A DNA stretch of 64,000 nt. Source: Prorocentrum cordatum (lineage: Eukaryota). Location of the stretch: assembly GCA_963575745.1 (NCBI GenBank), contig CAUYUJ010000212.1:1-64000 (forward strand), in the 5' to 3' direction. This document shows, one piece after another, positions 35,029 to 46,059 of this stretch; position 1 is the stretch's first letter; the number at the start of each line of letters is the position of its first letter. Under the pieces are notes generated by a model. The model did not search any database. It worked only from the letters and a program-made list of their open reading frames with translations, and was not told where the DNA came from. The translations under genes and the position numbers were made by a program.

Positions 35029-38000
35029 TTTTGGCCTTCGAAGTTAGTGGGAGTGGGGGCCTCGTAGCCCTCTTCATGTAGATCTTACTAGAATCCTCCA
35101 ACATCTTGCGAGTTGCCTCGCGAGTGCGGTCTTCTGCTGTCCGCATACGCTCCTCATCCTCCGCCACACGTTGAGCCTTTATATCATCCTTGATTGTCGG
35201 TTCTGGTTGTTGGGACTGGCTAGAGACGCCAGGCGAGTTTCCTCGCATACTAGGAAGACTGAAGAGCGCGTCTTTCTCTTCCTGGGTCATGGCTACCAGT
35301 CCCCTTGGAACCGGGGTAGGCTTTTCTTCTTCGTTCGGATCCAAGTGGCTCAAGATCCCGAGACGACGATTCACTTCTGCAATTTCTTCCTGTGCCATCG
35401 GGATAAGTTGCGGATGGCCCTCTTTATGAGGGGTTTTGCCCCTGTTGGGGCTCAGGCCTTCGTTGTTGCCAACGGGGCATCCTGGCCTGTGGTTCTGGAA
35501 CGGCCGGGAACAAGGTCCGCATGCTGCGTGAGGCCTATACTGCTTGCGCGCCGCGATAATATCTCGCAACTGAGTCCGCGCTTCTTGAATTTCAGGGCGG
35601 CGGATATTTGTTGCAAGCTGATAGCCTCCGCGGATGGCCTTGCCATCACTGTCCCTATAGGCAGGGTTGCCCTTGCCGAAGGCCGAGTGTTCCCCTTTTC
35701 GGCGTCTTGGGTCGTTGTACGGAAGTAGCTGGCCACCTCTCCTGAGAGCGTGTTCTTTTGGGCCAGCCTGCCTCCACTCACGAGGAAGTCGAGCCTGTGG
35801 ATGTGGCTCTTCTCTGACGCGCGTATGGGAGCGAGATCTTCTGGTGTTCTCATCAGAGGAAGCTGCCGAAGCAGCAGGAGCGGCACCCGGTGGAGGTGCC
35901 TGAGGAGGCTCCTGTGCGATCCCAGATGGATCGTCCGATGGAGGCAGGTCTCCCTGCTGGGTGGAGCTCGGCGCAAATGGCGCTTGTGCCGATGGTGATG
36001 ATGATTCAGACTCATCAGGATCGAAGTCAACCTCTTCCTCACCATTCACGTCCATCATGAGGATGGTGACGTCATCCTCATCTAACCCGCAACCATCGCC
36101 TTCTACTTCTTCTGATGTCGAACTACCGATGATGATGGCCATTGGCGTATCTGGTACAGGCAGGTTTCCCTGCATAGCCGGCGTCTGTGCGTCGCTCGGC
36201 TGTCCCGGAGTAGGAGGCACTGTTGTCGGCTCAGGCTCGTTGCCGAGCACAGGCTGCCCAGCAATGTTACGCATGGCCGTATGGTTTGGCCTCATTCCCA
36301 CCGCCTGGAGACCCCATCCTGGCGGAGGAAGATCATGACCGCGCATAGCAATAGCCATTTCTAGAGCATTACGCCATCTACCACGGGAGTATATCAAGTG
36401 TCTCTGCACGTCCTGAGGATGCACGCTGTCAATGAGAGTCAGAGCTGCCAACAACAGCTCTGAGCTACCGCAAGCATCAGTATCCTGTTCTGTCATAATG
36501 TCAGCTTCGATATGTTCTTGACTCTCAGGATAACCAGTTATAAGTATCTCATGCATCCTCATGAGGGTCTGCAAAAGGGTGCGTGGTCCATATTCGCCTG
36601 GAGCAAGCGAACCAGGAGGTATGAACGGAGTATCTGGTTCGCCTGCAATGAAGGCCTGAACAAATGCCTGAGACTCCATTTCAATTAAGTCTTCAGTGGT
36701 CTGGGGATATTCTCCCATCAGAGACGGCCTGTTTCCAGGCGGGATTTCGGGCGGAGGTTCGAGGTTCCGTTGAACCTCGGAAGGCGAAGCCTCTATAGTG
36801 GTGTCCTCGTCGTCGCTCTCGTAGGCCATGATGTTGCCTGGGTTCCCGAACATCCAGTCGTAGAAAGAAAGAGGCTGGTTTCCCAGCGTACCGTGTTCCA
36901 CGGGAGTAAGCTCGTTACTGCCCATAACGAACCGGCGGACGTACTCGAGGTAGTACGCGTACAATCCATGACCATACGCTTCGAGCTCGTCGACGTTGTC
37001 CATGCCAACAACCCAAGTGAAAAATATCTGCTCCATAGCCTCAAAGTCCTGGAGGCTCAGATATTCAATGGATGGTTCACTTGAGCCAAAATGGACTTCG
37101 GTCGACCTGCCCTTTCCATTTCCCTTCACTGGACAATCTCGCACAAGATGATCGGAACTACCACATTCATGGCATTTGAGAACCTGGCCGTCTCTACCTC
37201 GCGGGTTTCCCCGCCTACCTTTGCCTTTTCCTGAGGTCTCTCTACGGCCTTTACCACGGCCTTTTCCCCCAAAGAATATCTCATCATGTTGTTCATCTGA
37301 GAGCCTCTGGAGAAATGCCGCGATACCTCGTCCGTTCAACCTCCGACGACCTCGCTTGCCTTTACCCTTTCCTTTAAAACTTCTACGTATCCTCCTTCTA
37401 ACACGACGCACTGGTTTTCGTGTGAACCTCCTCCACCTTCGTTTAGCCTGTTGTAATAACCAGAACAAATGCTCAGCACGCTGATTGTCGTTATCCATAT
37501 TCATAATATCTGACCAATCTAAAGCTTCAACACCATCTGATGATATAGTGTCTGTATGGGTGCCGGAGTCGAAATCCTCGTCTCCCAAGTAGGTGGATAC
37601 ACCGTCGGTTAGGGGGTTTGATTCCCCCCACAAAGAACGGTGTGGTTGTGGTTATCTAGAAGGAGGGCTGGTTGCCCAGCTTGGTTGTGATCGATCCCCT
37701 GCTAATAAAGCAGTGGATTCTCCTGGGTCATCGGCCCATACGCTTGAGGGCCCGTTTCCAGGCTGGGCTTCAGTGGTCAAGGTAGTGTAGAAATTTCCAC
37801 TACCAGATCCCCTTCCCCTTCCAAACACAGATCCTATGTTACCAGGAGCCCGTTCGGATAGGTGGCCTATCGAACGCATCCTCTCCAGCAACTCATCATA
37901 TTGTTGTTGTGTTCGGGGCATTTGGTGATTGAGTGGCTGTAAGAGTTGCATGGCTCGCTGGTTGCCGACGCCTAAGGCGCGGAATAGGATAGTGGTTAGC

Positions 38001-38884
38001 AGTTGGAAGTTGGGAAGGTCGAATCCCACCGATTGTGCCTCCAGTCGGGCCATTTCGAATCGGGTAAGGGTGACATCGATTCGTTCCCCGTGAGGCACGT
38101 GGAAGTCGATGAGTTGTGTGCCGGAAGTGAGCTGTCGCTCTTCCAGGCGTTCGAACTTCATGCTTAGGAGGAACATGATGTAGGTCACTGGGTCTGTGTG
38201 GACCCCATCGATGTCAGCACCATAGTTGATAATGTCAGGCGGTACCCTCATGGCGAGTGTCCTCGCTAGGCCACCTAGGCCGCGTTGTATTGCGGCCGCT
38301 TGGGCCTGTGGCGTCATACGTCCGCTTGTAACGTTGAGCCATGCGTTGACCTCGTAGATGTACTCACGAAAAGGTACATTACCTTGAGGGTCCCAATATG
38401 GGCCATGTGTTTGCCCATCGGTGCTGTTTTCTCCACGACGCATGTGTCCGATTGCTGCCCCCAGCGCGAACCATATAATAGCGAAAACGACTAGCCCGAG
38501 AATGTGTAACGAAGGACGGTTATGATGCGCGTTGTCGCGCTGGGGTAGCGCCTTGTCGAGTCTTCGAGGCGCTCTGTCTGGCGGGTCTCCCCGCCCCTGC
38601 TTCAAGTATTGCGCTGTTGGCTCGTTGCCGAGCGGTTGGTGGTAACGCACTGATGAAGCGTATACGGTACCAGTCTGGTCGTCTAGACGTCGTACCTCTC
38701 GTGTTGCTTCTTGCTCTTGGATAGATCCTCGTAAACGTACTGGGAGTGGTGGCGCAGAGTGGTAGGTAGTCACGAAGATCGTGCCGAAGAATATGAGGCT
38801 AAGAAAAGCAAGAGCTGACCACACGAGAGTGCGGCCAGCTCCGCTACCAAGTCGACAGTGAGCCTGGTAGCTCAAATATGGCAT
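34937..38884 (-). CDS. gag: Gag-like polyprotein region: two hydrophobic segments, capsid-like domain, Arg-rich tract and CCHC zinc knuckle; one in-frame TAA at 37652-37654
   Basis: ORFs 37652..39043 and 34937..37633 are in the same frame. There is an in-frame ATG at 38884 inside the LTR and CHECGSSDHLVRDC at about 37131-37175. Confidence 0.8.
38838..38849 (-). promoter_or_regulatory. Primer-binding site, tRNA-iMet type (TGGTAGCGGAGC)
   Basis: Abuts the 5' LTR. TGGTAGC is complementary to the ...GCUACCA 3' end of eukaryotic initiator tRNA, as in the Ty1 PBS. Confidence 0.85.
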
Positions 38885-39101
38885 ATAGCCTGGCAAATTG
38901 CATCCATCGCTCTGCTGTGAAGGTACAGTATGAGGGGTGGATGAGTAAGATAGGATAAGATCGATGTAATGATCTTTCCAGCACATAGCGAACACTCGCA
39001 GTGTCCGGGCAAATAGGGCGCGCGTGCCTTGGGCCAAAGGCAACGGCGCGCGAGCTATGCTCCCGATACTGTAACATCTCCCAAAGAGCTACCCTTAAAG
39101 T
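38850..39101 (-). repeat. 5' LTR (252 bp)
   Basis: Matches 23219-23470 and is followed immediately by the PBS on the minus strand. Confidence 0.95.
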
Positions 39102-40459
39102 CAGCTCTCGTCTGGGTCCGCGTGGCCCCCGACTCCCCTGGACCTCCCAGGAGCCCGCGACAAGAGCAAGCGTTGTGCAGCTCACTGCCGCACAGGGGGC
39201 GGCGCAGAAGCAGGCAGAGAGGGAGAGGGAGGCGGGAGACGTGGAGACCACAGCGCTCTACTCAAGACGAGCACCCAACAACTGGAGGGTTGGGAAACAT
39301 CTCTGGCCCAGACCTTCTCAGGTCAGGGATTTGTTCGTCCTAGACCCCCAAGGGGCCGCCCCGCGCGCGCGCGAAACAAAAAATACCCTGGAGTTTTTTC
39401 CCGAAAGTTTAGCACGCGTCTGGCCCGTTGGGCCAGCGAATTGTCCTAGGTTTCGGATGTCGAAACCCTCCCCATCCCTCCCTCACTGCGGCAAGGAAGC
39501 GAAGCAAGCAAGCAAGCAAGCTGGCCGAGCGCAGGAGGCGGACGGCAAACACCATCCCCCCTTTTCCGCTCCTCCTCGTCGAGGACCCCAAGAGGCAACT
39601 CCAGGGAGGTCTTCGTGGGAATGACTGAGAACGAATGAGCCCACTGAAGGGGCGACCTGTGCTGGAGTGGAATATAATAACGAACCATGCCGAATCAAAC
39701 CAAATTGGGCGGCATCATGCCGCAGCCAGGCCAATTCAATCGGATCAGACTGTAGGAAATGCAGCACCGATACTGAATCTAACCTCCCAGGAACCGCAAA
39801 CTTAAGCCCCACCCCCTCCCCACCCTCCCCCCAGACCCCCGACGTCGCAATCTGCGTCGCAGAATCGACTCGACGTCCCGGCCCCTCCCCCGGGAGCGGC
39901 TCCGCATCCTGAATATTTGTTCGATGGTCCCCGGGCCCAGCGAGGGCACTGTGAGGCCGGAAACGGCCAAAAATCGTACGTCGTGCTGATGTTCACGACG
40001 CGAGGGTCTGGCCCCCTCCCCCCCCCCGCTGCGGAACAAGCAGCCAATGCGCCCTTCCCCTCCTCCGGCTCTCCCCCTCTCTGCTCCCCCGCCGCTCGCC
40101 CCCTCACATCGTCTCTTCTCTTCTCTTCGCTCCTCTTCCCTTCTCTTCTCTTCTCTTCAGAAGTGGAGCCAGTGCCCTGGCACGTGCCCTGTCCATGCGG
40201 GGCCCCCCGCGCAGGTGGAACCCGTGCCTGCCGCGTCGCCGACCCCAACCCTCCCCCGCTCACCCCTGCGCTCCCCCCCTCGGGCCCTCCCCTGCCACTC
40301 CCCCCCTCCCCTCCCGGGCACGCGGCGCGCGCTCGGCGCTCCCCGCGCCTTTGGCCCTGGAGCCCAGGCGGAGCCCCGTGTCGGGCGGCGGCCCCGGAGC
40401 CGGCTGCTGCAGCTGCGGCGGCTGCTGCGGCGGGGGGGCTCCGTTTTTTCATCGCCAGA

Positions 40460-40880
40460 TGAGGAGGAGAACGAGGAGGAGGAGGAGGAGGAGGAGGAGG
40501 AGGAGGAGGAGGAGGAGGAGGAGGAGGAGGAGGAGGAGGAGGAGCAGAAGGGAAGTGAGGAGAAATGGAGGAAGGAGGAGGAGGGAGGAGGAGGAGAGGG
40601 AGGCCGAGCAGAAAGACGACGACGAAGACGACGACGAGGAGCAGGACGAGCAGGAGGAGGAATAGCAGGACGAGGAGGAGCAGGAGGAGGAAGACGAGGG
40701 AGAGGGGGAGAGGGAGACGAAGAGGAGGAGGAGGAGGAGGAGGAGGAGGAGGAGGACGAAGAGCAGGAGGAGAAGGAGGAGGAGGAGGAGGAGTGGGGGG
40801 AGGAGGAGGGAAGGGCCAAGGAAGAGGAGGAGGAGGAGGAGGAGGAGGACAGGAAGGAGGAGGACGAGGAGGAGGACCAG
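40460..40880. repeat. (GAG)n microsatellite, degenerate
   Basis: Direct reading. Confidence 0.95.
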
Positions 40881-41149
40881 AGTAAACCCAAGGTGCATCA
40901 AAGATGCTGCACTATACCCTTCCGTCCCAAGCCTCCTCCGCGTAAGTCCCTGTAAGCCTTCCCTCCCACTTCAAGAGGCGCCCCTTTCGAAGACCAGCAC
41001 CCTATGGGCCTGCCACTCAGGCGAGAGCCCCGCTTCAAAAAAGGAACGAGCTGACTTGTTGCCTCCTGCGAATGACAATAAACACGCAGAGAAAGGTATT
41101 ATCATACAGCTCAGTGAGGTGTCCAGCGCGACCCCCGCTTTAAAAAGGA

Positions 41150-42912
41150 GAGAGATCGTGATCCACCGCCGCTTTACTGTGGAAAATTGCCGCACTTTTC
41201 CTCCGGAACCCGGGGTCCCCACCCACTCCGAAATCCCCTCGGCTACTGGAAACCCTCCCCCCCCCCCCCTCCTCCCCCTGCAAACCCCTCCCTCCCCTAA
41301 CCCCCCCCCCCCCCCCTCCCCCTCGAAAACCGGGGGGGTCAACTACCGGGTCGAAACCCCCCCCTTCCTCCCCCCCTCGAAAACCAAGGGGGGCACTGGG
41401 GTTCCGAACCACCTCCCCCCACCCCAATCCCCGCCAGGCAAACGACTCCCGGCCCTAACCACGTCCGCCACCAATAAAGTCCGCACCAACATCCCCAGAC
41501 TGTTGTCCCCGTCACCACTATGTCCCTCAAACCAACCCACTTTCCCCAAACTAGGCCTCCAACCACCGTCCCCACAATCTCGCAACTCACCCAGCCAAGT
41601 GTGCCCACACAACCAAAACCAACCCAAACTAGTCGCACTGTCCACCCCAAACTTCCCCACCCACTAAAACACTGTTTCCACCACGCTCCCCTTCTCCCCA
41701 CTTTCTCCACGGCCCCAACCACTGCCCGACTATCCCCACTGTCCCACTGACTCCTCCGCTGACCCACTGAGCTGTCCCACTGTTCCCACCACGGTCCCCA
41801 CTGTCCCCACCACTGTCCCCACTGTACCTCTGTCCCATTGTCCCACCGCCGTCCTCGCCACCAGCCCCAACCACCCGGCCTTCACACCACTGTCCCCAAC
41901 CAACACTGTACCCTCCACTGTCCTCACTAAGTTTCCATCCACCACACTCCCCACACCACTGTCCAACACACAACAACACAACAACAAATAAAGTCCCCAC
42001 AACGCAAACCACCGTCCTCCCACCACTGTCGCCACTGTCCCCACTGTTCCACCATTGGTCCTCATAAACCATTGTCCCCATCCTGACCGTCCCCACCACT
42101 GTCACAACTGTTAGTCCACAACCGGTGTCCTCGCTGTCACTCCCACTGTGTCCCCACCACCCGTCCCACCACTGGTCCCGGCGCAACCCCCCACCTCAGT
42201 TGCCATTGGGGGGGGGGGTTTCGCACGGCGTAAGTGACCCACCCCATGGTTTTTTTCGCATTCAGCGGGGGGGGGGTTCGAACTCGGTAGTATGACACCT
42301 GACCACCATACACATCACACACAACACCCCCTCCCCCTTTTCATGATGAACTGGGGGGGGAGGGGTTCGAACCGGTAGTGACCCCCCCCGGTTTTCCGGA
42401 AGGGGGGGGGTAGGGGTTCGAACCGGTAGTGACCCCCCCCGGTTTTCCGCCAGCAGCGGTAGAACGCGCTCTTTCTCACATGTTGATGACACGTGGTTTT
42501 CAAAATGTGGTTTTGATGACACGCTGTCCCTACTATTCCCACCATTGTCCTCACCACTGTCCCCACCACTACCGTCCCCACCAGTGTCCCACTGTCCCCA
42601 CCACTGTCCCGCTGTCCCCTCACCACTGTCCACCGTCCCCACCACTGTCCGTACCCCCCCCTCGGTTTTCGAGGGGGGGGGGGTTCGAACCGGTAGTGAC
42701 CCCCCCCAGTTTTCGAGGGGGAGGGGGGGGGGGGGGGGTTTTCCACCGTATGTGACCCCAACCCCCTTTTCATGATGAACGGGGGGGGGGGGGGGGTCGA
42801 ACCGTCGTGACCCCCCGGTTTTCTGGAGGGTGGGGGGGGGAGGGTCGAACCAGTAGTGACCAACCCCCCCCCGTAGTTTTTCACGCCAGCCGCGGTAGAA
42901 CACGCTCCTTTC
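41150..42912. mobile_element. Non-autonomous TIR element (about 1.76 kb; Mutator- or hAT-like)
   Basis: Imperfect TIR of about 24 bp (GAGAGA(G/T)CGTGATCCACCGCCGC ... GCGGTAGAACACGCTCCTTTC). Flanks TAAAAAGGA and AAAAAAGGA suggest an 8-9 bp TSD. Internal CCACTGTCCC and TTCGAACC repeats; sister copy at 47473-61784. Confidence 0.75.
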
Positions 42913-43069
42913 AAAAAAGGACCACAAAACCACAAACAACACCCAATCCACTTGCTCTTGCATGCACCGAGAGGAGGAGGGGCGGCGAGGGCTCCTCCTA
43001 CCTACCATACCTCCTCCTCCTCCTCCTCCTCCTCGCTCCTCCTCCTCCTCCTCCTCCTCCTCCTCACTC

Positions 43070-43160
43070 ATACATCATCATCGCATCATCATTATCATCA
43101 CCACATACCACCACCACACCTCACAACACCACCACCACCACCACCATCATCATCATCACA

Positions 43161-43206
<46 letters not shown>

Positions 43207-43275
43207 CATCATCATAATCATCATACATCCATCATCCATATACATCATCATCTCATCATCAATCATCATAATCAT

Positions 43276-43306
<31 letters not shown>

Positions 43307-43308
43307 AG

Positions 43309-43361
<53 letters not shown>

Positions 43362-44265
43362 GCTTTATCATCATCAACAACAACATCATCATCATCAACA
43401 TCAGCATCATCATCATCATCAGCAGCATCATCATCATCATCATCATCATCAGCATCATGACCATCATCATCGCCAGCATCATCGCCAGCATCATTATCAA
43501 AATTGCCACATCGTCATCGTCATCGAGACCATCGTCGTCATCGTCAGAATCTTACTCATCGTTATCGCTATCGTTGTCGTCATCATCACCACCGTCAGCC
43601 TTCAGTATCATCAGCAGCAGCATCAGCAGCAGCAGCTTCATCAACATCAACAACAACAGCAGCAACCACTATCACAATCACAACAACGACAACAGCAACA
43701 ACAACAACAGCAACGCCAATACCAACAACCACAATTTCATCATAATAACCATGAACATCAGCATCATCATCAATAGCATCAGCCGCAACATCGTCAGCCT
43801 CATCATCATCACCACCACCACCATCAACATCATCAACGTCGTTATAGCGGTCAGACACGGCATCATCCGCAGCTTCATCATCAGCATCATCAGCATCATC
43901 ATCAGCAGCATCGTCATCATCATCACCATCAGCATCATCATCGCCATCAGCATCATCATAAGCGGAAGCAGCATCAGGTTCATCAGCATCACCAAATTCA
44001 CCATCGCTATCATCATCGACAGCGTCAGCATAACCGTCATCATCGCCATCCTCATCCTCATCATCATCGTCATCACCATCATCGTCATCATAATCTTCAT
44101 CATCATCGGCATCACGACCACCACCATCATGACAATCATAAACATCACCATCATCATCAGCATCATCATGATCATCAATATCATCATTCGCATCATTAAC
44201 ATCATCGTCATCAACAGCACCAGAAGCATCATCATCAACAGCAGCAGCAGTATCAAACTCACCAG

Positions 44266-44308
<43 letters not shown>

Positions 44309-45065
44309 GGCATCAGCAGCATTATAATCGTCATCATCACCGGCAGCAGCAACATCACAGATGCATGCTTCCTGGTCATCCTAATCGCCGCCATGCCACA
44401 TCACCACCACCACCACACCCATCATTGTCACCATCGGCATCACCAACAGTATCATCAGCATCGTCATCCCCACCATCACCTTCATCACCTTCACGAGTTT
44501 TGGTCCTCATAACCACAACCATGGCACAGCACCACCATCACCTCGACTCCGAACATCATCAACAGCAGCATAGCATCAGAATCACCCTGATCACCACCAT
44601 CATCAACATCGTCATCATCGACAGAAGCATCAACATAATGATCATCAGCATCATCATTTCAATCATAAGCAGCATCATCATGTCCCGCGATGGTTTTTCC
44701 GAGGCCACTGTCGGATTATACTATGGAGCAAAAGGTTGCACCGTGCACCTTTGGGCCCAGGCAGAGACCAAGACGCCACGCGAATTACAGTATGCCGAAA
44801 TGCCCTCGGCCACGGGGGAGCATTGTAGTGACAAGACAGGGGAGGGAAGGAACTCGAGAGCCGAAGGCTACGGAATGCAAGCATTCGGCCTCTCAACCCC
44901 CCCTCGTAAGGCATTAAGTTTCGAAAAGAAGGACCACCATCACCATCATCACCATCATCATCATCACCATCATCATATTCATCACCATCCCCATCAATAT
45001 CATCATCGTCATCATCAGCATCATGATCATTATCAGCATCACCATCACCATCCTCATCCTCATCG
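43070..45065. repeat. About 2-kb degenerate (CAT/CAG/CAC)n microsatellite field
   Basis: Direct reading. It includes one copy of a roughly 100-bp duplicated segment (44690-44790); the other copy is at 45084-45184. Confidence 0.95.
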
Positions 45066-45589
45066 TAAGGACCATGCCCCGACGATGGCTTTTTCGAGGC
45101 CGCTGTCGGATTATACTCTGGAGCAAAAGGCTGCACCGTGAACTTTTGTGCCCAGGCAGAAACCAAGACGCCACGCGAATTACAATCTGCTGAGAGGCCC
45201 TCGGCCAAACCATTCCCGAACCTACTGGAGGCTGCCGAACCACGAGGAAGACATGGCCAGAGCGCTAGACTGCTATCGGGCATTCACCTGGGCGCGCGCC
45301 CATCTCGGGGCAAGCGGATTTGGATACGGTTGCGCCATCAGTGCCCACAGAGGCACTCTCAGAGAACGACCCTTAAGGATATGATGAGGCTTGCTAGTTC
45401 TGATGCAACAACTACGCGAAAAATGGCAGCGGCGAGAAAAAGATTCCTCATCCACGCGAAATCCCAGGAGGCCAGTGAGTTTTTTCCAGCGGGTCCCGTC
45501 CTGACAATAGTGAGTAACAGCCCTGAAAAAATGCGGCAGCCTACGAGAACGCTGGAGCGAGGGAAGCAGCCACTATCTAGACATAGCAA

Positions 45590-45996
45590 ACTTCTCAATC
45601 GTGCAAAAAATCGGCATGCGCCTGCAACTGGCCCAGAGGCCCTCGCAGAATCTCGCTAGACGATTCGCCAGCTCGATCTGTGCACGATCGGCAGGGTGCG
45701 CCACGGCAGCCATGCCCCAAATCTCGGAGTCCGACCGCAGCCTGCTGGGCCATGCGCCAGGCTGCCCGGGCCTCCGGGACGGGCCCACGCCCCTGATCCC
45801 GGCCCAGGTCCGACACGGGAGTCCGAAGCGCACGCCCCAGATGAGCCCTGCATCCAGCCAGCCGCGCAGCTGGCGAGCGACCCGCGGGGCGGCGAGATCC
45901 CACTCTGGCCCCCCAGCCGATGCCCCACTCGACGACGAGGGCGCCCTCCTTGCGCCGGGCGTCCGCCAGGACGCCCGCGCCCGAGAACACCTCCAC
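45590..45996 (-). pseudogene. Cytosine methyltransferase-like domain of the DIRS-like element
   Basis: EVFSGAG, GLPCRTW and a truncated IE(NP)-like motif, spread across two frames. Confidence 0.7.
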
Positions 45997-46059
45997 GAAG
46001 ATGGGCGGCGCCGGGAAGCGGCGCCTCCGAGGCCCCAGCGCTGCATCTGCTCATTGGCG

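Larger units (their letters stand above)
23580..38633 (-). other. At least 33 dispersed 14-nt GNRA-tetraloop hairpins (GC-NN-G-GNRA-C-N'N'-GC)
   Basis: Each copy was read individually; start positions are listed in the findings. Stems covary perfectly. Confidence 0.9.
23219..39101 (-). mobile_element. Giant (15.9-kb) Ty1/copia LTR retrotransposon with accessory Tpt1-like, RING and DNMT-like domains
   Basis: Two 252-bp direct repeats with 4 mismatches; CAGCT duplicated at 23214-23218 and 39102-39106; a PBS; and the copia domain order gag-PR-IN-RT-RH. Confidence 0.95.

Noticed and set aside
23936..38633. Recurring GNxP peptide (QGNLP, RGNPP, LGNEP) as a protein repeat or cleavage motif
   Set aside because: It is explained by the nucleotide hairpin, which also occurs in other frames and in the 3' UTR.
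42952..45141. His-, Ile- or Met-rich ORFs
   Set aside because: They are translations of a (CAT)n microsatellite field.
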